A stretch of 54,196 bases of DNA from the NCBI GenBank assembly GCA_000934665.2, contig JYFJ02002631.1, forward strand, positions 1 to 54,196, in the 5' to 3' direction. The number at the start of each line of letters is the position of its first letter. The stretch's first letter is position 1. Positions 26,257-38,768 of this stretch are shown piece by piece. The stretch comes from Catajapyx aquilonaris. Its lineage: Eukaryota. The notes below the pieces were generated by a model. That model had not been told where the DNA came from. It worked only from the letters and a program-made list of their open reading frames with translations, and did not search any database. The position numbers and the translations under genes are program-made.

Positions 26257-26454
26257 GTTAATAATATTCATTACGTATAATTATTAATTCAATGTGACCG
26301 AGCATAACACGACAATAATATGAAATGTAGATGTTCTTAAATACTTTTACAAATTATGGTTCGATACAGTTTGAATAATTATTTAGTACTGTCATAGGCT
26401 GGTATGTAATTACTCAAATTGTGCAAGAATGTCTGCTAATAGTGATGTAATATT

Positions 26455-28130
26455 TTAATAGGAAAAATTGCCAGCTGAGATGTTGAATAAACTTGATCCT
26501 GGATTACTAGAAAACATGTCGTTATCATCGTCACGGCGATTATTATCCGAGTGATCTTTTTCATTTTCCGCATATTTAAACTGGGCCAGGACTATCAAGT
26601 ATGTGACGATAGAAGCAACGATCTGAAAAAAGGGAGAATATCAATACTGGTCAATATGCCACATCACAGACGACATACCGAAGTAAGAAGTTTTCTGTTT
26701 ACTGAGAAGAAGTTTGATGCTGATACCTGAACTGGAGGGCCTGTCATAAGATGCATCATTTCTCGCACCTGCAAAATTCAATTAGTAGTTACTCGCATGA
26801 TAATATGCAATTAAGACTCAACCCACTTGTAAACGGATTTCAGGTGGAATGGCAAGAAGATCTACCCTGCAGAGATGTGGGAAGGCTCGAACGTACTAAA
26901 GTAAACAGCAAGCAAAGAATTGATCAAATGATCATCACTGACAGTGAGTGTACGAAGAGTTTCTTTCCAAACGGCAGTAGCTAATTCAGAAATATGTATA
27001 GATTTATCCAAAATTTTGACTTTACTTAGACTGGCCGTTTGTAAACAAACCCTTAGTTATAGTCTAGTAATCTTTAGACTTACCTCTTGCGGAATTTTTT
27101 GCAGACATGTGCAAATCCACACGACGAGAACAGCTTGCAACAATGTGTCGACGACAGTGTTGAGATCAGTGACTGTGAATACAGTTATGGTCGCACCCAG
27201 TCCAGTGACAATTTGTATAAGGAATGATAAGAAACTAGCAACGAGGCAAGCACCATATACGTTCCCTGTGGAATTGACCAGGTCAACCATTTCGGCGTTC
27301 AGTCCCATTGAGTGGGACAGATCATTGACCATGACCGAAGTTATCTCCTGGTTGGAAGTGGCACTCTGATGTGGAGAGAAGGACATCACTTTTTTAGGCA
27401 GGTGGTCCAACACTTGCACCAATGTGTCGCTTGTTCGACGAAGACGGAGGTGTATCGATTTCCCCAAGAAAAGTACATGCAGAGTCGGAATGATCGGGAT
27501 TAAGCAGGCAAAAACCAGAAACGAAAGTATTGCGATATGGTCACTTAAATTCTCTTCGTATCTCTGCAGAGACTTGTAATAAACTGCGTACAAGAAACCG
27601 ACATATACGATGGCGAAAATGACAAGAAACCACGCTCTTCGATGCATTACTCGATTGACTACAATTTTCTTGTCATCTTGCCTGGTTGCTTCCCATTCGT
27701 CGTATTGGTGGAATCTCCCAAACAAGTCGGCTATCTTACGATATTTGCATCTCAGCAGCCAGAACTGTATCAGTGAATGTAGGCTGCGATTTGTTGCTTG
27801 CAGGATTAAAACCTTATGTTGAATTGGCGTAATACCAGAGTTTATGGGGTAATTAAAAAAAAGTTCAACATCATATACTCCAAATATGGAACTTATCTCC
27901 AAAAATACAAGGAGTGTAAATATTACGAAGCAGAAGCAACATGCACGATTTAAAGACTGATACGGTCCACAGCAGATGTTCTTGACTGGAAATAGTCCGA
28001 AGATCCAGGTCAGGATGGCCAATGGTCTGAAGGCTTCGTAAATAGTCGAAGAACACGTAGACCCTTTCTTCCAGCAGCAGCAAAAAATGTTTCCACAAGA
28101 AGGTCTTCCGTCACTTAGCGATTCTCCCAT
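26455..28130 (-). CDS. Gustatory receptor GR8 (clade A)
   Basis: Exons 28130-27084, 26895-26827, 26768-26679 and 26622-26455. Motif: IVASIVTYLIVLAQF. Confidence 0.93.
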
Positions 28131-28179
28131 AGTTAATGGAGCGCACTAAAATTCTGATCCAGAATGAAGGTCACCTACT

Positions 28180-28310
28180 AATGATAGGGCATGCTGCGTC
28201 TTACGCTTTATATCCAGGGTAAACAAGGTGGGGCTACTTTCCTTAGGGACGTCTTCATAAGTTAGTGGATCGCGTCTAGACTTGTGTCTAGCACGCACTC
28301 ACAACAATTA
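28180..28310 (-). promoter_or_regulatory. GR8 core promoter cassette
   Basis: Minus strand reads TCCCTAAGGAAA-GTAGCCCCACC-TTGTTT-...-TATAAAG (starts 28212), with a TCATT Inr whose A is at 28182. Confidence 0.65.
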
Positions 28311-28444
28311 CATTATTATTTACAAAGATAACATAAGTATGCCAAGTGCATTTATTTAATATATGCATCAATTTGCTGTTAGATTCGCTAACACTTTAAT
28401 TAATTGCCGAGTAAACGGTATCGGATATTTATACATACCGATGG

Positions 28445-30038
28445 TTATTCCTCAGACGGAAATACCGTTGTACTTATAATATCGGTATAGTTAATAGGCG
28501 ACATGTTTTGGACAAAAATATCTAAGCTAGGAGGGGTGTTGACGTTTTCACTTTCTTGTGTAGTGATTCCTTGATTTTCGGCGCTTTTAAATTGTGCTAA
28601 GACAATCAAGTATGTAACGACAGAAGCAGCGGTCTGAAGAGAAAAATGAAAGTGACGTTCACATATTACGCAATTATTGGAGGAAAAGGCAATTTTATGA
28701 GAGTTGTTGCTCTTTACTTACAGAAGTAATGAGACCTCGGTTTACTGCAAAAAAGTTCGATGCCGATATCTGCATTGGTGGACCCATCATGCGATGTACA
28801 AATTCTTGAACCTGCAATAAAATTATTATAGTTGAAGCCAAAGGTGGTGTCAGAAAACCGAAATATTACTCACCTGCAACCTGATTTTAGGTGGGACATC
28901 AACTAGACTTACTCTGCAGAGATTTGGTAAGGCCCTAGTTGACTAAAAATATAATGTAATGCAAACATTATTGTTAACTGGGTATAGTTTTAGTAACGTC
29001 AACGTTTGTTTAGATAATTACCTCTTTTGGGATCTTCTGTAGGCAAACGCAAGTCCACACTACTCCTAGTGTCGACATCAGTGTGTCTGCGACGATATGT
29101 AGTTCTTGTGTTATGTCAGCATACAGAATTAGGGCTAGACCGGTGACAATTTGTATCAGAAACGACAGGAAAGTGACGACAAGGCAGAGCCCATACAAAC
29201 TTCCAGTGACATTAACTAAATCGGCAATTTCTGCGTAGAGTCCCATCAATTGGGACAGCTCTTGGGCTTCGTTCGAATCCTCATCTGTAATCTCATTTGG
29301 CCAAGTTGACATGCTTTTCGGAAACCTATCTAAAAGTTTGACCAACGCATCGCTGATTTGACGAAGACGAAGATAGATGGATTTTCCCAAGAAAAGCACG
29401 TGAAGAGTGGGCAGAATCGGAATGAGGCATAGAAACACCAAGGCTAAAAATATCAAGACATGTGCCTTGATATTATCTGCATGCTGGATCAGATAGCACG
29501 AATAAAAAGCGTGTAAAGAGCTGACGTAAATAATAGTCGACACCAGCAGAAACCGTGCTCTGCAATGCATGATCTGATTGGCGTACAGTTGTATGCTACT
29601 GTTGTTGGCCACCCACTTGTCGAACTTATGGAACCGTTGAAACAATTTAGCAATGCTGTGAGACTTGCACCTCATCAGCCAATACTGAACCACAGAATGC
29701 ACAATACGATTCCCCACAAGAACCACAAGCACCTGACCTAAAATTGACAACTTTGGCAAGTCGAAATCGAAGCCAACAGAGAGCAGTGTCATTATTCCGA
29801 TCACAAAAAACGCGACTATTGCCACGGATATGATGATGAAGCAAATGCAGCAGCCATAGTTCAAGGCTCCGTATGGACCACTGCATATATTTTTGACGGG
29901 AAGTAATCCGAAGATCCATGTCAGGATGGCCAATGGTCTGAAGGCTTCGTAAATGGTCTTATTGCCTCGAGTTGGCGACGCAGGTCGGTGTTTCCAACAA
30001 TTGCAGATACAGTATCTACTCTCACTGACTGATTCCAT
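28445..30038 (-). CDS. Gustatory receptor GR9 (clade A)
   Basis: Exons 30038-29022 (alternative ATG at 30101), 28942-28874, 28811-28722 and 28633-28445. Motif: TAASVVTYLIVLAQF. I prefer the downstream ATG because the TATA at 30126 puts the TSS near 30097. Confidence 0.92.
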
Positions 30039-30094
30039 AGCGTGGGCAACACTATTGTATTCTTCTACTGAGTAGCGGTCACTGAATAAAGACT

Positions 30095-30204
30095 TTGACA
30101 TTTAAACCCACCCGTGATCTTATATACCCATGATAAACAGGGTGTGGCTAGAGTTGCCTTTGGGACACTCTGACCTGTGTATACAGCACGCGAGTCAACA
30201 ATTT
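30095..30204 (-). promoter_or_regulatory. GR9 core promoter cassette
   Basis: Minus strand reads TCCCAAAGGCAA...GCCACACCCTGTTT...TATATAAG (30126-30119). Confidence 0.65.
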
Positions 30205-30548
30205 AGAGTCGGGTTTTGTAGATAAGTTATTAATAAATTAAAATGCAAAGGATAAGACAAGGTCGTCTGTTTAATTTAAAGTTCAGGTGGAAAGAACACA
30301 CATTTGCAGAGCACATTAGAGAGTGCCATAATTAAGAACAGCCCAGTATTATAATACTGTTATTACATTCTTGCCTAACAATTAACAACCATGGGAACCC
30401 TGGGGTTTGGATATAGCGAAACCCGCATTTCGTCACCTTTATGGGATGTTATCACTGATGGGTATACAAATTGGTATATCAGTAGCACTGTTGTTCTGAC
30501 CACTTTTTGAGTTGTTCAAAATGCTGAAGATATTATGGTGGCAGAATC

Positions 30549-32272
30549 TCACCCAAGAGGAAAAGTGTAGTTCATATTATTAAAATGAGTGTTGTAATCC
30601 GATTCGTTATAAGGTGGATGTAGTGTTATGCCGTACGCCGGATCTGGAGACGTGAACTGATTTTTACAATCGGACGTACTGTTTTCTGCACTTTTAAATT
30701 GTGCCAGAACAATCACGTAAGTAACTACAGACGCAGCGATCTGAAAGAAAATGAGAATTCTTGTTACGAAGTACCCTTTACATGCATATTCAGCAAGCAC
30801 TTACGGACGTAATCAGCCCAGTATTTACTGAGAAGAAATTAGATGCTGATATCTGCACTGGAGGGCCTGTCATGCGATGTATCATTTCCTGCACCTGTTC
30901 AATTCGATAGGCAGGCGTAATTTATTAATATTTAATAAAACACAAATGTCTCACCTGAAACTGGATGTCAGGCGAAGTGTCATGGAGATTCACTTTGCAC
31001 AGATGTGGCAATGCACGTGTTGACTAAAATAGTACAAATATGTGTTAAACGACCCTATATTCTTATAGTAAGTTAATCTTAAATTACTGGACCCAATTCA
31101 CTTGATGGTCACTCGTGACTCTCCTGTCCATTAAAAGCCAGCTTCGTGACTTAACTCAATTTCTACATGACAACCGGGGATAATCACTAGTCACGCATAC
31201 ACATGTGAGTTGTGCCCATGGAGTTGATTACCTCTTTTGGAATATTTTGCAGGCAAACGCAAGTCAACACTATGAGCACTGTTGACATCAGAGTATCGGC
31301 GATTAGGTGCAGTTCGTAAGTTAGGGTGTGATAGAGGATTAGGGACAACCCGGTGACAATTTGTATCAGAAATGAGAAAAAGCTAATAACCAAGCAAATG
31401 CCATACAAATCTCCCGTGATATTAACAAGGTCAGCTATTTCTGCATTTAATCCCATTAACTGAGAAAGCTCTTTGGCTGTATTCAAATTGGCCTCTCTCG
31501 ACTCCTCGAACGACAATGGTGACATATCCACGCTCTTAGGCAGACTATCCACAAGTCTAATGATAGCATCGCTGATTAGGCTAAGGCGCAGGTATATTGA
31601 TTTCCCCAGAAAAAGCACGTGCAAAGTTGGAATGATTGGAATGAGGCATATGAATGATAAGGATAAAAACAGAAGTATTTGTACCGTCAAGGGATCTCCA
31701 CGCACAAATATAGAGTACGTGTAAAACGCATGTAAAAAACCGACGTAAATAAACGCACTTATAAACAGAAACCGGGTTCTGCAATGCATGATTCGGTTGG
31801 CAGACCTCTTCCTAGTTGTAGTGTTGGCCGCCACCCATTCGTCGTACTTGTGAAAACGAAGGAACAAATCAGATATCCTGCGAGACTTGATCCTCAGCAG
31901 CCAGTATTGCGTCACGGAATGCACTATTCGATTTCCAATAAGCACTACCAGAACTTGTTCCAACACTGACAAGCGAGGTAGCCGAAAGTCAGGTCCAAGA
32001 ATGACCATTGCCGTGTTCACAAAAATCGCAGAAATTGCCAAAAACAAGACGATGAAGCAGATGCAACAGACACAATTCAAAGATTCGTACGGACCGCGAC
32101 AGATATTCTTGACCGGTAAAAGTCCGAAGATCCAGGTTAGGATAGCCAAAGGTCTAAATGCTTCGTATATTGTCTTGCTATCTTGCTCACATGACACAGG
32201 CCGACTTCTCCAACAATTATTGTTGCACAGGCAGTTCCTGTGATCACTATCACTTTCAGGCTCCTGATACAT
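30549..32272 (-). CDS. Gustatory receptor GR10 (clade A)
   Basis: Exons 32272-31232, 31023-30955, 30894-30805 and 30740-30549. Motif: IAASVVTYVIVLAQF. Confidence 0.93.
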
Positions 32273-32319
32273 GTTTAGAACCCCGCACTGTTGGGCAAAA
32301 GTATCCAGGACCTACTAAT

Positions 32320-32415
32320 GGAATAACCGGGCATTTGATCCTTAATTTTCTTATATACCAGGGATAAGCAGGGTGTGGCCACTTTCCTTTGGGAATGCTC
32401 GAATTGACACAATGG
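32320..32415 (-). promoter_or_regulatory. GR10 core promoter cassette
   Basis: Minus strand reads TTCCCAAAGGAAAGTGGCCACACCCTGCTT...TATATAAG (32357-32350). Confidence 0.65.
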
Positions 32416-33039
32416 GATTGGTGATCCTTGGTGCCACGCACTGCACCAGCTAAATCTAATTAAGAAAATGTTTCTTTCATGATATTGCCATCAGGGCACA
32501 CTCTGTAATGACAATGAAACATTGATTTATAGACACGCACACTATACGCTTATACATAATGAATTCTCCTAGGCCATTCTTGGCTCGCACAATAGATTAT
32601 TTTGAGTTGGACGGACTTGCTTACATGACGATTGCTTGATACGATGATAATACAAGGAGGGGCAAGAAAAAAATTTCTTCTGAAAAGAACTCCGAGACAG
32701 TATATGGTTACGCCTAGCAAGCAGTATATATTTTATTGCGTGCCAATAGCACATACAGTCTGCTATGGGGCATCGTAAAGGTTAATTTTTAATGCAGTTG
32801 GACGTAATTTTGGTGAAAAAGTCGGGGAGACACGATTTTCGAGTTTTATATTTTGCACTTGTCAGGTGTACTGCATCACAAACCAAGCCAGCAGCGTGGA
32901 ATTAATGATTAACTCAAAAATGTAATACGGCGAATTCGTAATGTACGAACAATCCACTTTTAATGACTTATAGCATATACTGCCCTTAAGTTTGCAAAAA
33001 GGTCAATGATTATTATGACGCAACATTGGGTGATGAAGC

Positions 33040-34646
33040 CTACATGGGTTCACTCAGGTTGAACTGGATCAAGATGACTAGATAAGTAGTGATTGCTCCT
33101 GCAGCCTGTCAAGACAGAGAAAACAAGGTGGTTAACAATCCGCACAAAATATTGCAAGTATGAAAGCGAGTACCGATGTGAGTAGGCGGCGGTTGATTGT
33201 GAAGAAATTGGCAGCAGTGATGGCTGGTGGTTCGCAGCTCAATTTTTGAATCATCATTTTGACCTCGCGTCGACATCCTGGTGCTAGGTCACGGATGCTT
33301 ATTTGCTGGAGGTCTGCTAAGGCTGAATTTGCCTGAACATCAAGCAAGATTCTATTACATCGTTATGCAATAACGATTCCAAACGTGTTAAACAAGCCAT
33401 GAAATTGACAGTGCAATGGTACTAAAAGTATAGCGTGACAATACAGAGTGGCATGCATAATCTATATCATAATGGTGAAGTTAAGCTGTGGTTGACTGAC
33501 CTCGGTGGTGACGCCTTCCATTTTGACACAAAATGCCACCAGTTTGAAGATCATGAAAGCCATGTAGAAACTCATCATTGCGATTTTAATCGGATCACGT
33601 TTCAGATATCCAGAGATGAAAGCATACGCGAGCAGTATAATGACAGAGAAACAGCCGACGAACTGAACAAACAGGAGCCAACCAAATGCGTCTGACGACA
33701 TTTTAACCATTCTATTGAGATGACCGTGAAACGTGCGAATATTCTGCAACAATTTGGTGAATTCTTCGCATGGGAGTTCTGTGTAAGGTGTAATGACAAA
33801 ATTCTCCGTCCTATCTGAATGTGTTAAGATTGAATCTCTGATCCTATTCGAAAGTGCGGTATACAAGACGTGAAAAATACTCGACAAAAGCGACATGCGA
33901 ATGAATATCTCGCTAATAATTATTCCTCCTATCGTATACAAAACATGCAAGTCCGGATTTAACGGGTCCTGATTGATCAGAATGGGGCAAACCGCAATAT
34001 GGATAATTACAATGAATGCGTACAAAATCAAGTATCGCGTTCTCCTGTCACGAAGCTTCTGCTGTACAGGCTCAAACAGGTAGCACATCTCATTAAAACT
34101 TTCTAAAAGGTTAGCCCACCGAGAAGACAAAACTACAGATAAAAAGCAGCTTATGATGTGCGTCCCATGTATCGCTCCCTGTGAGAAGAAAATGAATCCT
34201 TAATTTCTTATTTGTTGTAAAATATGTAAATAAATGCTAACCAAGTTGGCGTAGATGGACACATGATCTATAAACTTGAGTTCCTTTTGAATTTCCACTA
34301 GTCCACTGTAGTCGACTCTCGTTAGCCAGCTGTATCCAAGTGATATCAACGCTGCAAACACTGCAAGACTCCATATTCCCTCCAGACTGATCAGAGATCT
34401 CTGCAGCTTCCTCCCAGGTCTCCTGAAGATCACATTTTTGACCGGAAACACTCCCAGAATTTTGGAGATAGTCAGAATTGGGCGCATGAATATAACAAAG
34501 TCCTGAGTGCAGGCACTGTCACTCACTCGGCATCTGTCACTGGACCGATGCAAATCTTCCAAGACTGATGCGTCGACAGGATGAACATCTCGAGGTGAAC
34601 GGAGCTTAATTGATGCTGTGTAAAACACACTCTCGGAAAGCTTCAT
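33040..34646 (-). CDS. Gustatory receptor GR11 (clade C)
   Basis: Exons 34646-34242, 34178-33501, 33332-33174 and 33105-33040. Motif: AAGAITTYLVILIQFNLSEPM*. Confidence 0.92.
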
Positions 34647-35248
34647 GATTTGGGTGTGTTGCTCTGTCTGCTGGCGAAATGCTTTCTCTTTCTACTCGGT
34701 TGATGCACTTCTTTTGTCATTTATGATATCGTGATATGCTGGCCGGATATTCCTTGCGACGAGATGGTGATTAAACATTGGTCGATTCCGGGAAAACTAT
34801 ATTTTTGGTTGGTGTCTGCGCAGATGGGCGTGTCGTGTTCGTGTCAATTTCCCATCCTTTCTGCATCGAGCGCCTTCAATTTTTTCTATCGCGTACATTG
34901 AAATACTCGGTGAAATGTCAACGTGAATTCGCATATTTGCCTGTGACTGTTTTATATTAATGTTTATTTAATGAACGTTTCATGTTGCAATTTGCAGAGG
35001 AAAGTTGAGGTTGCTCGGCGAAAGTGATCAAGATAGTCAATACGGTATGTGTTAGATAAGTGATGCAAATATAAGCCTAAATCTAATATTGTACTAAAAA
35101 TTGGTGAAATTCTGCTTAGACGACGCCACAGGTTACATAGGAATGAAACAATTTGTTACCACATGAATAATAATGCAGATACGTACTGCGTGAAGAATAT
35201 ATTGCAAATGAAGGTGGCAGTGGAAATTAGTAAATATTAATGTTTTTA

Positions 35249-36035
35249 TCAGCAAATTCTCGGAAATGTTGGGTAGCACCTCGTATATAAAGCGTAGGAG
35301 GTCTTCCTATCGGAAAGAAATATTTCTGATGCTTTGAGGAAGTTCTTGCAGGCGTTGTATAATATTGTTATATTGAATGATCTAAGCCGGAGACATGTCG
35401 CTTTGCCGAAGAAACGTGCATGCACGGAAGGAATTAATGGAATCAGGCAAATGCCCACAATGTGAAGCATTAGCATGACATGTAGTACAATAGTTTCTAT
35501 ATCACTTGAATAATATGAAACACATCAATTTTCTTCGTGGACTACAGTGAAACCGATGCAGGCCAGTATCATATACCAAGCTGTTCGATACAACATATAT
35601 CTACGTAGTCTACGATTGATCTTCTGGCTAATCACACTGGTTGATATCCACTGGTCGTACTCATGAAAACGCAATGCCCTTCACCAACACAAGTTGTACT
35701 TGAGTGTGCACTACTCGTCTTATAAAAAGCACCGTAAAAGCTAGTTCTAAGAGCGATGGTTTGTTAATTCGATCCCAATTAGTAACGACAGCCAACTCTC
35801 CATGCACAATGCAAAGTATTACTGTCCCTATATCGTTGATTTGGCACACGAGCAGGGGCAAGAACAACGCCTATCAGACCTTCGAGAGATGTTTCTGGAG
35901 AGATATAATCCAATGATCCAACACAAGAGTTGACTTAATATTAAAAGACAGTTTGCTCTTCCTTGGCAGGAAATGCACTTCTGATCCGTCCTCTAGTGTA
36001 CCCGGAGAATTTTCAACTTCACTTCTGGACTCCAT
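35249..36035 (-). pseudogene. Clade A GR pseudogene (frameshifted, truncated exon 1; no 3' exons found)
   Basis: Fragments lie in different frames: WIIGLYLSRNI (cf. WIFGLFPVKNI), RRVVHTQVQLVL (cf. NRVVHSLTQYFL), FHEYDQWI (cf. FHKYDEWV) and ICLIPLIPSVHARFFGKATCLRLR (cf. CLIPIIPTLHVLFLGKSIYLRL). Confidence 0.85.
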
Positions 36036-36472
36036 GCTGTGATGGGTTCCACTAGTGAAAACTTCCTTTCTTGTATGGTATTTTCTAAAGAAACGTTTAG
36101 GACCAAGTCAGGCGCAGTATTTAATATATCTGCAGTAAAAGAGTGGGGGGAGGGGGGCACGTTGTCATTTTACGACTGGAACATCCACGTTTTGAGCATG
36201 ACATTGCTTAACTAATGAAATTGAGGCTTAATATTTCTGTGACAAATAGCATGCACATTTCCATTTTTATTCCGTATAGTCTTCTTCATGTGTGAGAATA
36301 GGTTATTAAATTATGTGTGCTTGTATTCCACTTCTCATTGCAGCATATAAGAGACTCCATGTTAATCTATCTTCTGCATGTTATGAGTTCCTTAATGACT
36401 GACATATGACTTCGCAGTCGCTCTAATATATTGTGCAATAATGACTTGAAGAAGTGACGCCCAAGTGACTTA

Positions 36473-38027
36473 TTATGGATGTGTTGTTGTAACTTCATTC
36501 ACTGGACTTTCACTCATTTGGAACTGCACAAGGATGACCAAATAGGTAGTGATGGCTCCGGCAGCCTGCGGAAGAAGCATCTCGAATAATTACATGATAA
36601 TACTATAAAAATGGTGAGATAGTATTAATTTTAGATGTCTGCTTTAGGAATATTTTTAAAATGCTATTTGACCGAAGTGAGAAGTCGGCGATTGATGGTG
36701 AAGAAATTGGCGGCAGTGATGACTGGTGGGTCACAGCTCAGTTTGTGGATCATCATGTTCACTTCACGTCTGGATTCGGGTGCTAGTTGAGCCAGGCTGA
36801 TCTTCTGCCAGTACACCAGGCTTGAGTTCACCTGCGTACAAGAGTACCGGTACTTGTATGTACATTAGAAATGGAAACTGAAATGATCCAACACCTTATG
36901 CCACTTACCTCGAGTGTGACCGCCTCCACACTGGACGACAAAGAGACCAGTCTGGTTATCAGAAACGCTAAATATAATAGAGTAAATGGAAATATATAGT
37001 CCTGCATGCTGGGCCTAGTCAATCCTGACACCATGTTGTACAGGAAAAGGATAACAGAGGCAAAAGCTTGGGTATAATCGACAAAAAGAAGCCATCCCCA
37101 TGCTGCAGAGGCCTTTGCGACCATGGAGTGTAAGTGACAATGAAGATTTCGAAGGTTTTCCAGGCGACTTGTCCTAATTGCTGGAGCACACACAGCAAGT
37201 TCTTCTGTTGAAGTGACTCTCTTCACCTTGTTTGCATATGACTTGAACAAAAGCTGAAGAATGTTTGACATCAGTAGAATCAGGAATAAAATGGTGATCT
37301 CTAATATCCCCCCTAATGTGAACAGGAGATGGATACCAACGGTTGCAACTCGCAGGCTTGAATTGATGCAGCAACTTATGGCATAAATGGTGACAAATGT
37401 TGCATGAGTCACTCTGTATCGCCTGTGAAGTGTCAAAATGCTAGACTTGGAGTCTTCGAGAAGGTCCATAACCTTGTTGAAATCCTCGAGGAGCTCAATC
37501 CATCGGGAGGTGAGAGCGATGCCCATGAAGAGAAACAACATGTTCATTGCATTGGATAGCGTCTGTGTAAAAAAGAGAAAGATGATGGAAAACCATTAGA
37601 AGGTGATTATTGTTTGCAACATCACCCTTATTATACTGACCGCGGTTGTGTGCACAATAAGGTAATCAATGCGTTTAAGTTGCTGACTGGGATCCACCAC
37701 GTCGGCCACGTCGATGTGCTGCAGCCAATAGGATGCCAAAGATATCATAAAGGCTGAGACCAGAAAGGACCAGATGCCTTCCAAGCCTTTTATACACTTC
37801 TGCAGTTTGGCTCCAGGACGTCTGACGATAACGTTTTTCGCCGGAAAGGCACCCAAAATTTTTTCCATCACCAGAAATTGTCGCATGATTGACACAATAT
37901 TATATTCTGAATTGTCATTCTTTCCATCCCATGCAACTACTTGACATGGTATGGTCCTAAGCTGCTCGTGGTTCGTAACCATTTTCACGTGCTGAATGAC
38001 GCAGACCTTTTTCTTCTCCGAAACCAT
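36473..38027 (-). CDS. Gustatory receptor GR12 (clade C)
   Basis: Exons 38027-37641 (start codon uncertain), 37562-36909, 36831-36673 and 36565-36473. Motif: AAGAITTYLVILVQF. Confidence 0.9.
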
Positions 38028-38768
38028 GGTCCCACGGGTTTCGAATAACGACACGTTCCCCAGCAATTTCAAACCGGAATGAATACTTTCTGCGTACTTG
38101 ATGAGGGATTCTCCTTGCACACGATCATCCCTTTAATAATCTAAATGTACCGTACTGTACTCCTCCCTTTTCCCTGTCGAAAACAAGGCTGGCATTTGTG
38201 GTCGATTATTAACGAGCCCAAGTGCGCAGATCTTCGTAGGGGTTCGTGCTAATAATGGCACCTATACAAAGGATGATTTATTACTTCGCCATTGTATTGG
38301 TATTGCTGTAGGTTGAATGATGTAACGAAGGCTAAAAATATTCTATGCTCAAGAATCTATAGCGTTAGTGATTTTCCATTCGCCTGTCATATTAGCATCG
38401 GTGTGGTCATTCCGGATGACAGTATTAAATGTTGAAAACGCTGAAAAACATTGCCAGGTTACACAAAATAACTTATATGGCTGTAGCCATTCCGTAATTT
38501 AATAATACGAAATCAGGCACAATAATAATAATTTGCCGAACATGTTATTGGCCACAAGGTGGAATTTTCTGAGGCGGGCAATAGTACAGAAAACGAACGG
38601 AAAATTTATGATATCCACATGAATGCGCTACCAAGGTTCCTATACTATCTGCTACCGAGGAACATATTATGCAGTGGCTCAGATGGATAATGCGTACTCC
38701 TGAACTTATAAGTTACATTAATTATGTCAGATTAGAATAGGTTGAACTTTGATGAAAACTAAAGTAAC

